Assembly (NCBI GenBank): GCA_039815185.1
Contig: JBCBZT010000008.1
Location: forward strand, 139,260 to 203,259
Length of the DNA stretch: 64,000 nt
Source of the DNA: Cyanobacteria bacterium P01_A01_bin.123
GTDB lineage: Bacteria; Cyanobacteriota; Cyanobacteriia; Phormidesmidales; Phormidesmidaceae
Reading direction: 5' to 3'
A model generated the notes under the pieces. That model ran no database searches. It was not told the DNA's origin and worked only from the letters and a program-made list of their open reading frames with translations. Shown here in pieces: positions 8,437 to 17,490 of this stretch (its first letter is position 1; every line of letters begins with the position of its first letter). Both the position numbers and the translations under genes were made by a program.

Positions 8437-10152
8437 ATGCAAATTAATCCTTGGTTCAACTCAGTGTTGGGCTTAACTTTGAGTCTAGGCATCGGCCTCA
8501 ATACCCCGCTAATCGCCCCTGTCAATGCTCAAAACCAAACTGACAATTTTGCGGATGTTTCTGCCGATTACTGGGCCCATGATTACATTGAAGCACTCGT
8601 CGCCCTTGATATTCTTAACGGCTTTCCCGATGGTGCGTTTCGCCCCTACGAACCGCTAACCCGTGCCCAATTTGCGGCCATTTTGCAGCAGGCTTTCCTC
8701 GACTCAGAAACGTTTACTACAGCCTCATTTAACGATGTGCCATCAAACTACTGGGCTACCGAGGCGATTAGTGCGGTCTATGCTGCCGATTTCCTAGTAG
8801 GCTATCCAGACAACAATTTCCGGCCAGAACAACCCATTTCAAGGGTAGAGGTGCTTGTCGCGCTAACCAACGGTTTGGACTACGCTGGGGGCGGCTCTGA
8901 TGCGTTGTCCTATTACGATGATGCCAACACAATCCCAGACTATGCCCGCCCCCATGTGGCAGCAGCAACTGAGGCCAACCTGGTGGTCAACTATCCGGTT
9001 TTGGCTCGACTCAACCCTAATCGCAATGCCACTCGTGCAGAGGTCGCCGCATTTATTTATCAGGCTTTGGTTCAGGAGGGTAACGCAGACGCATTGGCTG
9101 ATACCCCCCATGTCGTTACGGAAACAGCCGCAGCTTGGCAGCCAGAACCCATTGCAACTCTTCCGCTCAGCGCCGAACAAATGGGTTTTAGCAGCTCGGG
9201 GCAGGAGTTAATCACACTCACGTCGGATAGAGATAAGCTGCAAGTCTGGAGCACACAAACGGGTGAACTACTGACAGAAATTATGGCCGACGAGGAGACT
9301 CGCTTTGAGGCGATCGCTATCAGTGCATCAGGCACACAGGTTGCGGCTATCGTGCAAACCTTAACGGCCAATGCCTTAGAACTGCGGCTCTGGAACCTTG
9401 AAACTGGCGAGCAACTTTGGCGGCAACCGCTGGGCACCGTCCAAAGCCAGTTTCGTCCTGAAGAAGCGTCCTTCCTTGACGCTCCCACTCAAATTGCCTT
9501 TCTCCCTAGCGATGAAGGGGTATTGACCCAGATTAGCTTAGGTTTTGGCCCTGCCGATGACCCAGCAGGCATTCAGCTGAGTATTCACGACACCTCAACC
9601 GGTGAAGTGTTACAAACTTTGGAGACAGCGCCTGAAGCCCCGCCTGTGAAACAGTTTGAGTTTAGCTCTGACGGTGAATTAGTGGCTGGTATCAGCTACA
9701 CACCCTCAGGATTAGACTCCCGTTCGGATCAGCTTATTGATATATGGCAACTCAGCAATGGCGCACTTCTCCATCACATCAGGCCTGACGAAGATGATTT
9801 TTCGTTTATGGATATGGTGTTTACGCCAGATGGGGCACTCAAGGTATTTGCTCAGTACTTCTACGACATTCGTCTCGACACCTGGAACATGCGCTCAGGG
9901 GAGCGGATGGCCAGAATCACGACATTACCGGACATTGATCGCACCGATGGAATCAGCCGCCTTAGCCCAGATGGTGAATACTACTTCGTGCGGAGTGACG
10001 TAGCCGGCACTCGCCTCATCAACACCCAAACCCGAGTCGTCACCTACCTCAACGTTTATGTCGATAGGGCAGCCATCTTTAACGCAACGGGAAACTATTT
10101 AGCCGTCACAAGTCGAGACGAGGTTCAAATCTTCTCTCAAGTCGATCAATAA
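8437..10152 (+). CDS. S-layer homology (SLH) domain protein with C-terminal WD40-like beta-propeller
   Basis: Signal peptide from MQINPW; three SLH repeats (FADVSADYWA...GFPDGAFRPYEPLTRAQFA); FSSDGE/FTPDG/LSPDGE blades. The upstream ORF extension comes from the MITE. Confidence 0.85.
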   Translation: MQINPWFNSVLGLTLSLGIGLNTPLIAPVNAQNQTDNFADVSADYWAHDYIEALVALDILNGFPDGAFRPYEPLTRAQFAAILQQAFLDSETFTTASFNDVPSNYWATEAISAVYAADFLVGYPDNNFRPEQPISRVEVLVALTNGLDYAGGGSDALSYYDDANTIPDYARPHVAAATEANLVVNYPVLARLNPNRNATRAEVAAFIYQALVQEGNADALADTPHVVTETAAAWQPEPIATLPLSAEQMGFSSSGQELITLTSDRDKLQVWSTQTGELLTEIMADEETRFEAIAISASGTQVAAIVQTLTANALELRLWNLETGEQLWRQPLGTVQSQFRPEEASFLDAPTQIAFLPSDEGVLTQISLGFGPADDPAGIQLSIHDTSTGEVLQTLETAPEAPPVKQFEFSSDGELVAGISYTPSGLDSRSDQLIDIWQLSNGALLHHIRPDEDDFSFMDMVFTPDGALKVFAQYFYDIRLDTWNMRSGERMARITTLPDIDRTDGISRLSPDGEYYFVRSDVAGTRLINTQTRVVTYLNVYVDRAAIFNATGNYLAVTSRDEVQIFSQVDQ

Positions 10153-10174
10153 ACACCGAGAAATTCAGTAGATA

Positions 10175-10588
10175 ATGCTAAGTTCTATCAATACACTTTG
10201 GATTCTAGCGCCAGCTTTTCTTATCATCACGGTTATCTTATTGATTAATCGTCGCCGAATTAATCAAGATCCCCATATAGTGAAACGATCATTTCGCTTG
10301 TTGAAGCTTTATTTAATCTCAATCGGATCATTTACCGCGATCGCTTGGCTAGTTGTATCCTCGTTTCCTGCAATACTCACCACCTTTGGTTATCCTGATA
10401 CAGTTGAGAGCATTCAAACCACCGAACAGATTTTAGATTATTTACAGCAGTATAATCGTGCTTTGACAACGACCATGAATGCTTTTAGTCTATTTCTCTT
10501 TGCATTTACAGTGTGGCTGCTCTCTTCAATCTATGAATTTGCTAAAACAATCACCCATGCGCTGATTGAAAAACAAAGTAGGCTTTAA
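10175..10588 (+). CDS. Hypothetical membrane protein (3 TM)
   Basis: 137-aa ORF with three hydrophobic helices. Confidence 0.65.
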   Translation: MLSSINTLWILAPAFLIITVILLINRRRINQDPHIVKRSFRLLKLYLISIGSFTAIAWLVVSSFPAILTTFGYPDTVESIQTTEQILDYLQQYNRALTTTMNAFSLFLFAFTVWLLSSIYEFAKTITHALIEKQSRL

Positions 10589-10650
10589 GCTTTCGATCGC
10601 CTAACTTTTGTTAGTCTATTAGTTAAACTTACGCAGAAGGCATGAATGCT

Positions 10651-13600
10651 TCATTCCTTGACGGGAGAGTGTCGAAAGAAATGGATTTCAGTTTCAGCAG
10701 CAGACAGAGGTTTTGAGAAGAAGTAGCCTTGGCCAAACTTACAACCCAGCTGCTGTAGCTGTTGAAGCTGCTGAGAGGTCTCAATTCCTTCTGCGACAAC
10801 AGTCAATCCGAGCTGCTCACTCAAAGTAATAATGGTTTTTACAATCTGACAATTGCGGCTTTCAACTTGCATCTGGCTCACAAACGAGCGATCGATTTTT
10901 AGATGATGAGCAGGCAGTCGATGAAGATAGTTAAGAGACGAATATCCTGTACCAAAGTCATCAATGCTGATTTGAATATTTCTTGAATTCAATTGATTCA
11001 GCAAGTCAATTGTTTGATGAATCTCCTCAATCAGCATACTTTCAGTGATTTCTAAAATGAGCGAGTCGCCGCTCAGTCCGGTATCAGCTAATATGTTATC
11101 AATATCCTCAATCAAGCTAGGTTTTCGAAGATCTTGAGCAGAAAGGTTAATACTGATTTTCAGAGAGGAACAGCAATCAGGAAACTGTTTCTTCCATCTA
11201 ACCATTTGCTGACATGCTTGATAAAATACCCAACTGTCCAAAGGCACAATCAATCCAGTTTCTTCAGCGATGGGAATAAAATCACCTGGAGAGATAAACC
11301 CACGAGTCGGATGCTGCCAGCGAACTAGCGCTTCAAAACCAGTCAGCTGATTATTCAATAAATTAAAGGATGGTTGATAGTGTATGACAAATTCTTCTCT
11401 GTCAAGTGCCTTGCGCAAATCCGTTTCTATGGTAAGACGTTTTAATACTTGAGTATGCATCGATGCATCAAAAAATTTGTAGCAGCTATTCTTTTCCGTC
11501 TTAGCCTGATACATTGCAATGTCGGCATCGCGAAGCACGTCAGATGCTTGATGATAGTCTTTATTTCCAAAAACAATGCCGATGCTGAACCCAGTAAAAA
11601 TTTCATGTTCACTAATCGTAAAAGCATTCTGACAATTTGCCAAAATGCGATCCACAATTACAATAATGTTCTCAATATTGCCAATATCCTCAAGTAGAAT
11701 TACAAACTCATCCCCACCTAGTCGAGCAACTAAATCAGGTTTCCGCAAATGCACTTTTAGCTGTTGGGCGATCGCTATGAGGAGTTGATCCCCAATCAAG
11801 TGTCCCAAACTATCATTAATAACCTTAAAGCGATCTAAGTCTATAAATAAGATTGCATAATGGTAATGCTCAATTCGTTGAGTTCGATTGATTGCAAGTT
11901 CAAGGCGATTCATTAAAAGTGTTCGATTCGGCAAACCTGTTAGTGAATCATGCAAAGCGTCATGGATAATCTGGTCTTGAGCCTGCTTGAGTTCACTGAT
12001 GTCACGACAAACAGCAATTAATAATCCATCCTCTGTGAGGGTAAGGGAAATCCCCTGCGGAAAGGTGGAACCATCTTTACGAGAAGCGATCGCCTCGCCT
12101 TGCCAAGAACGATGCTCATCTAGATATGGAAATACTTCCTGTTCAAACCGTGGGGGATACAACAGGTTCCAGCTCTTGCCCAATAGTTCCTCGGGGCGTT
12201 CATAACCAAATAGGCCTAAATAAGCTTTATTCACATAAAGGTAAGTGTCACCTTGTAGAATTGCAATACCGTCAATTGCTGCCTCGATTGCTGCCAGCTG
12301 CTGCTTGCTTGTTTGCTCAGCCTGCTTACGATCGGTGATATCTTGATAGCTTCCTAAAATGCCAATGACTTCACCTTTAAGGTCATGGAGCGGAAGTTTG
12401 TTGGTTTCTAACCAAACCTGGCTACCATCTGCCTGTGTCTGTGGCTCAACAATCCCTATCTTAACGATATCAGTATCCATGACTTGTTGATCATCAGCAT
12501 AAAACGCCTCAGCTTCGGTATTTGTCCAGGGCATTTCAAAGTCTGTTTTACCAATGATATCCATAACAGATGTACAGCCTGCATCGCGAAGAAAATTGCG
12601 ATTGCAGCCCAAGTAAACTGAATCTCGATTCTTCCAAAATATGGATAAAGGGAATGTATCTAGTACGGTTTGCAAAAATTGCTCTCGATTGTGGAGCTCA
12701 GCCGTGCGTTTTGTGACTTTCGCTTCCAGATCCTGATTGAGCTGCTCTAGCAAGATCAGCGTTCTTTGTCTCTCCAATTCAGCAGCAGCACGAGCAGCAA
12801 AGACTTGCAAGGTTTCTTCTGCTTGCTGTGGGTTTGAGATTGGCTGCTTGTTGAGAATACACAAATGACCAATTGCCCTACTTTGAGTGTCATATAAAGC
12901 AACACCCAGATAACTTTTTACTTCGTCAGCCAATTGCTTGGGAAATTGCTGCTGGTTAAAAGATTCGCAGTAAAGTCTTCCCTCTTGTAATACTTGTCCA
13001 CAAGCTCTCTTAGCCGGGCAATAGGCAAAAGTGGGTCGTAAACCATCTTGTGACCAGAATGCTAAGACCTGTAGCTCGTCATTAACTTGTTCAGTGACTA
13101 AAGCATGGGAGATATCTAAAGCTTTGGCAATGTGCTGAACTAATGTCGGGAAAAAGTCTTGACCCGTCGTTGCTGCAGTTGCTTCCACCAGGGTCTTCAA
13201 TTGCCGTTCAGCTTGTTTACGCTCGGTAATATCCTCATGGGTACCAATAACTCGCAAGGGCTCCCCATTGGGCATCCACTCAAGCAACTTTCCACGAGAG
13301 AGAATCCATTTATAGTTACCATCTTTGCAACGAACACGATGTTCGCTCTGGTAAATGGGCATTTCGCCACTTAAATATTTCTCTATGCTCTGATAGTGTT
13401 GGGCTATATCGTCAGGATGTATAAGCTTTTCCCAATTCTTTAGCTGAACACCAACTTCATGCTCGGCATAACCCAACATGGCTTTCCATTGCCGGGAGTA
13501 TACAACAGTATTGCTTTGAAGATTCAAGTCCCAAACGCCATCCCCCGAACCCTCTAACGCAAATTGCCAGCGAGTTTGGCTTTCTCTCAGTGCCGCTTCA

Positions 13601-14469
13601 GTCTGTTTTCGCTCAGTAATATCTCGTACAATGACCAAGGCTTCGTCTGCGCTAATCGCACTGATCCGAACCTCTTCATAAAGCATGCGGCCATGTTTGT
13701 GGAATTGATGCTCATAAACTTGCAGTTCACCAGTAGAAATTGCTTGGTCAATTCTGTCAAGTTGCTGTTGCAGTATCTCTGGGGGCAATACTTCTGAGAG
13801 GTGCTTCTGGATCGTGAGGAATTCTCCTGCCTGATTTTTTGAACGAATGTTATCTAAACAAGTGCCATCTCGTGTGACTAGCAACAATAAATCTGGAATA
13901 GCTGCAAACATAGTGCGAATTTGAGCTTCACTGACGCGGAGTTCGGCAGTACGTTCTTCAACTTTTGCTTCTAATTCTTGATTAAGTTGTTGGAGTTGTC
14001 GCTCAGCTCGTTTACGTTCACTAATATCTCGCACTAGCAGGAGCACTTCATCTTTGTCGTAAGGGACAACTCGTACCTCCTCAACTTGCGCTCTGTTGTC
14101 CACAGAGAGGTCTTGCTCATAGACCTGTAAAGAGTTAGTTTGCAATGCCAAGTCAATAAACTCCAGACGTTTTTTAGCAATAGTGTCTGGCAAAGATTCA
14201 GAGATATGGGTTCCAACTAAGCTCGTTAGATTACCCACCACGCAAAAGTTGGGATTGGTGACAAATTCTTGATAAATACCCGCCCGATTTACCCTCACCA
14301 TTAAGTCAGGAATAGCGCTAAATAGCACGTGCGGATGAGCGTCACTTGCCTGTAGTACCTTTTCTGACCGATTTTGATTGCTTAAGTCAATATCCACTTC
14401 TTCGGGCTGCCAGTCATGGGTTTGCTGACTTCTGCTCTGAGGCATTAGATTAGGGTCTGAGTGGAGCAT
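10651..14469 (-). CDS. Multi-PAS/GAF diguanylate cyclase/phosphodiesterase (GGDEF-EAL)
   Basis: Repeated PAS/PAC units ending DITERK; GAF segment; RKPD I-site then GGDEF; EAL and DDFGTGYSSL. Confidence 0.95.
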   Translation of the reverse strand: MLHSDPNLMPQSRSQQTHDWQPEEVDIDLSNQNRSEKVLQASDAHPHVLFSAIPDLMVRVNRAGIYQEFVTNPNFCVVGNLTSLVGTHISESLPDTIAKKRLEFIDLALQTNSLQVYEQDLSVDNRAQVEEVRVVPYDKDEVLLLVRDISERKRAERQLQQLNQELEAKVEERTAELRVSEAQIRTMFAAIPDLLLLVTRDGTCLDNIRSKNQAGEFLTIQKHLSEVLPPEILQQQLDRIDQAISTGELQVYEHQFHKHGRMLYEEVRISAISADEALVIVRDITERKQTEAALRESQTRWQFALEGSGDGVWDLNLQSNTVVYSRQWKAMLGYAEHEVGVQLKNWEKLIHPDDIAQHYQSIEKYLSGEMPIYQSEHRVRCKDGNYKWILSRGKLLEWMPNGEPLRVIGTHEDITERKQAERQLKTLVEATAATTGQDFFPTLVQHIAKALDISHALVTEQVNDELQVLAFWSQDGLRPTFAYCPAKRACGQVLQEGRLYCESFNQQQFPKQLADEVKSYLGVALYDTQSRAIGHLCILNKQPISNPQQAEETLQVFAARAAAELERQRTLILLEQLNQDLEAKVTKRTAELHNREQFLQTVLDTFPLSIFWKNRDSVYLGCNRNFLRDAGCTSVMDIIGKTDFEMPWTNTEAEAFYADDQQVMDTDIVKIGIVEPQTQADGSQVWLETNKLPLHDLKGEVIGILGSYQDITDRKQAEQTSKQQLAAIEAAIDGIAILQGDTYLYVNKAYLGLFGYERPEELLGKSWNLLYPPRFEQEVFPYLDEHRSWQGEAIASRKDGSTFPQGISLTLTEDGLLIAVCRDISELKQAQDQIIHDALHDSLTGLPNRTLLMNRLELAINRTQRIEHYHYAILFIDLDRFKVINDSLGHLIGDQLLIAIAQQLKVHLRKPDLVARLGGDEFVILLEDIGNIENIIVIVDRILANCQNAFTISEHEIFTGFSIGIVFGNKDYHQASDVLRDADIAMYQAKTEKNSCYKFFDASMHTQVLKRLTIETDLRKALDREEFVIHYQPSFNLLNNQLTGFEALVRWQHPTRGFISPGDFIPIAEETGLIVPLDSWVFYQACQQMVRWKKQFPDCCSSLKISINLSAQDLRKPSLIEDIDNILADTGLSGDSLILEITESMLIEEIHQTIDLLNQLNSRNIQISIDDFGTGYSSLNYLHRLPAHHLKIDRSFVSQMQVESRNCQIVKTIITLSEQLGLTVVAEGIETSQQLQQLQQLGCKFGQGYFFSKPLSAAETEIHFFRHSPVKE

Positions 14470-14609
14470 AGCTTAAGAGCACGAAACTACATCAGTGTTG
14501 GGAAACGCTTGAACCCCTGCCATGTTTCTAAAGTACCCACAAACTTCACCAACCCAATAACCCCTCGAATTTTTATGCCTAAGCACGGCAGTTAGTTGAA
14601 ATGTTGATT

Positions 14610-14760
14610 AGTTTGTTGTGCAGTCACTCTGAAGATTTCATTGACAAAAGGGAGCTGTCCCATCACATCTCCTTTCTCAGCGCCATTGAGCTGTCCTCTT
14701 ACGAATCATATTCACCGCCTCATATCCTTGGAGGGTACACCTGGCTGTAGGGCTATGGGG
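14610..14760 (-). mobile_element. Decayed IS6-family transposase C-terminal fragment
   Basis: Minus strand reads TARCTLQGYEAVNMIRK/GQLNGAEKGDVMGQLPFVNEIFRVTA with one frameshift, matching the recalled IS6 C-terminus TL.GYEAMNMIRKGQ..GV.KGD...Q. Confidence 0.75.
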
Positions 14761-15761
14761 TTGCTAGACCCCGGCCGCTTTTATTAGACGAAATGCAGCC
14801 GATGCTGATGTCTTATGTTAGCTTTTTGGTTGGCTTGGGCACACTGCAGGTGCAAGTGCAAATTTGTTTCTGTAGGCAAAGGCTCTACCCCGTAAGCACC
14901 TTACTTCAAAGCAATGTGTAATGAGTTTGAAGGAAACGGTCGTGTCGAGAGATAAGAATCTATTTATTGAGTTGCAGCATGACTCATACTTCTAGTAAAT
15001 TCCACTGCTTTCTTTACTAGGTAACATCTCAATATAGTCATGCCAATTGTCCATAACCATAGTGCTTGAACATCAAGATGTACAGAGATTTTTGTTGGGA
15101 ATAGGTAGCTGGGCTCTATATCATTTCTCTCTAATCACTTAACGGGAAGGATAAAATCTTGTTGGTTCTAGATGAATGCAATTTTCATCAACCTGCCCGA
15201 ATATCATCCAACGCCTTTTAAGATTTCAGATATTCTTTGACAAGGGTGGCAGAAGAGAGATTATTTGAAGAAAAGGTGCCTAGAGTTTAAATTTCTCTCG
15301 ACGCAAAATAGAAAAACCGCCCAACAAATTAAATCTAACATCACCTAAGGCCTTAAGCATAAAACTTAAGCATCAAGCCTAAGCAGCTAAAATCTTTCTA
15401 GTTCAATGACATCTACCAGTTTTTCGGCTGTGCCATATACTGCTATTTTCTAGCTTACGCTGATTGCCTTGATTCCCAGAGCGATACTCTCTAAATCTGA
15501 GTTCAATCTAAAATCTTCAGCAATCTAGAGACTGCGAAATATCAGTAAGGCAAGGAAAGGCATTATTTTTCTTTGCCTATTTGGTTAAATCTGCAATAGG
15601 TATTAATCTCTTTCACGGGGCTTCCTTATCAGATATTTTTGGACTTCTGATAGAAACTAACATGCAAATTTTACCTTTTGCTTAGAGGCATTCTCAAAAA
15701 CCTAGGCAGGATATCAATAGGGCCAGTCAATAAATTCTCCAGAAGGATCGCAATATGAGAT

Positions 15762-16256
15762 CTAGAAATTAGGGTCATGGTCGTAGTCAATACATTCGTT
15801 ATTTTGCCAAACTCGACCACTATCCTCACAGCTTTGCTTATCCCTCTTGAAAGGTATGCCTGTAGGGTATGTTACGTCAGGAGAATTTGTTAGAAAGTCA
15901 AGTGGAATATATCTCAGCTGAAATAACCCAATGGTCATCAACATTCCTAAGATGATTAATCCCATAGTGAATAAAATATTAGCAGGCCTCCAAATCGGAG
16001 CATAGATTTGTCGGCGCTTAGACCGCCGATCAGGTCCAGCAATTAGGACAAAATAAAATCGCTTCCATAGAACAGGAATCGTCAAGCGAATGTCAACTGG
16101 GTGTTGTCTCCAATGAGTAGATTGAAGTGCTCCTTGGAGTGCTTGTAATTGCTCTGTAGTGAAAGAGTTAGCGATATCTTCTGGTAAACGCCTGAGAAAT
16201 CTTTCAAGCGCAGGATTTTTAACGAAAGAGGAAGAGTTGGACATATGTTTACTCAA
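15762..16256 (-). CDS. Conserved hypothetical membrane protein
   Basis: FLRRLPEDIANSFTTEQLQAL...HPVDIRLTIP...RFYFVLIAGPDRRS, one TM, C-terminal C-x-x-SGRVW-x4-C-x-DYDHDPNF. Confidence 0.7.
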   Translation of the reverse strand: MSKHMSNSSSFVKNPALERFLRRLPEDIANSFTTEQLQALQGALQSTHWRQHPVDIRLTIPVLWKRFYFVLIAGPDRRSKRRQIYAPIWRPANILFTMGLIILGMLMTIGLFQLRYIPLDFLTNSPDVTYPTGIPFKRDKQSCEDSGRVWQNNECIDYDHDPNF

Positions 16257-16715
16257 AAACCTAGTTACTGAGTATCTTGGCGTTGGCGATACTGATATTG
16301 AGACTTAATTGATGCAAAAACACTAAACACTTCAGATACTTCAACTTGGTTGGTAGTATCTATTTGATACAATGGTATTTTCTAGGTCGATTTTTGATTT
16401 CTACATTGGATTAAATAGGGCTGAATTTAGGTATCTTACCTTTATAAAAAATTGGAATGAGAAAGTAAGTGAACCTACAGCTAAATCTGCTGAGAGATGC
16501 AGCGATACAAGTTAACCACCGCAAAGGTAGCAGGTTCCATGAAAATGTATTGTAGAAACGAGCACAAAGAATATGTTGCTTTGAAGGATTCATGAAAAGG
16601 AACGCTCTTTTCTGAAGAAAGATCTAAGATCAAGCTGCTATAGCCTGATAGTTCCCAGACTAAGCTATCTAATAAACATGAGTAATATGTTTATTTTAGA
16701 GTTGATTTGAACTCT

Positions 16716-17050
16716 CTAAGCATCGAAACAACTGCACGACAAGCCCTTCGAGAATACGAACTGCGCTTTGGTATTGGAGAAAACTTCTTGAATGGCAAGC
16801 CCAATAGCTTTCAGTTGAAAGCGTCTAAGCTGCGCTCAGCTCCTATCGTATTGCACTTATATTTTTCTTGTCTGTGACGAGCCTGTATCTCACCTTGCAG
16901 GTTACTAAAGTAGTCAACCCGGGGCAAGTAGATCTTCACTAGTTTCAAGGCAACAGCTACTTCAGGTTAGGTTAGGTCTGGATCAAAGCGGTTGGTTCTA
17001 GGGAGTAGCAACTCTTTGTCCCGATTGGACTCATCACCCAGATTGACCTA
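16716..17050 (+). mobile_element. Decayed IS4-like (DDE) transposase fragment
   Basis: Reads ETTARQALREYELRFGIGENFLNGKPNSFQLKASKLRSA.../SVTSLYLTLQVTKVV...VDLH*FQGNSYFRLG*VWIKA, matching the recalled cyanobacterial motif EYGLRFDIEENFLDDKSNGFQL...VDPHWFRGNSY; stops at the Trp codons. Confidence 0.75.
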
Positions 17051-17490
17051 GGACAGAGGATTTGAACTATCACATTAGTTTTGGACAGTGCGTATGCCCT
17101 TAAATGATTTGTTCTATAAATGGAATTTTGAGCGGTCTATATAAAAATTAAGCCATCTAGCTGATGATGTTTGTATTTTTTCTGAGAGCTATCCAGATTC
17201 TGAAACGAAATAACCGCAAAATTAGAACTCAAGATCTCGAATATAAGAGATTTTACTGATCGTGTAATCCTCAATTAACATCAAATCTCTTCAAAGGAGA
17301 GATTCTCTAAGCGATTTCAACTAAATAGGTTAAGAAATCCTCAGATTAGTTAATGCTTGATAAGGGGTGATGCCCCTTTGTCTGGAATCAATATTAGAGG
17401 GCACCTTGGGATTAGAAGTTATTTAGGAAATTTATCTTCACGGTAGATTTTCTCAATCATGCCTTTATATCTGATTTCCAAGCATCTACC

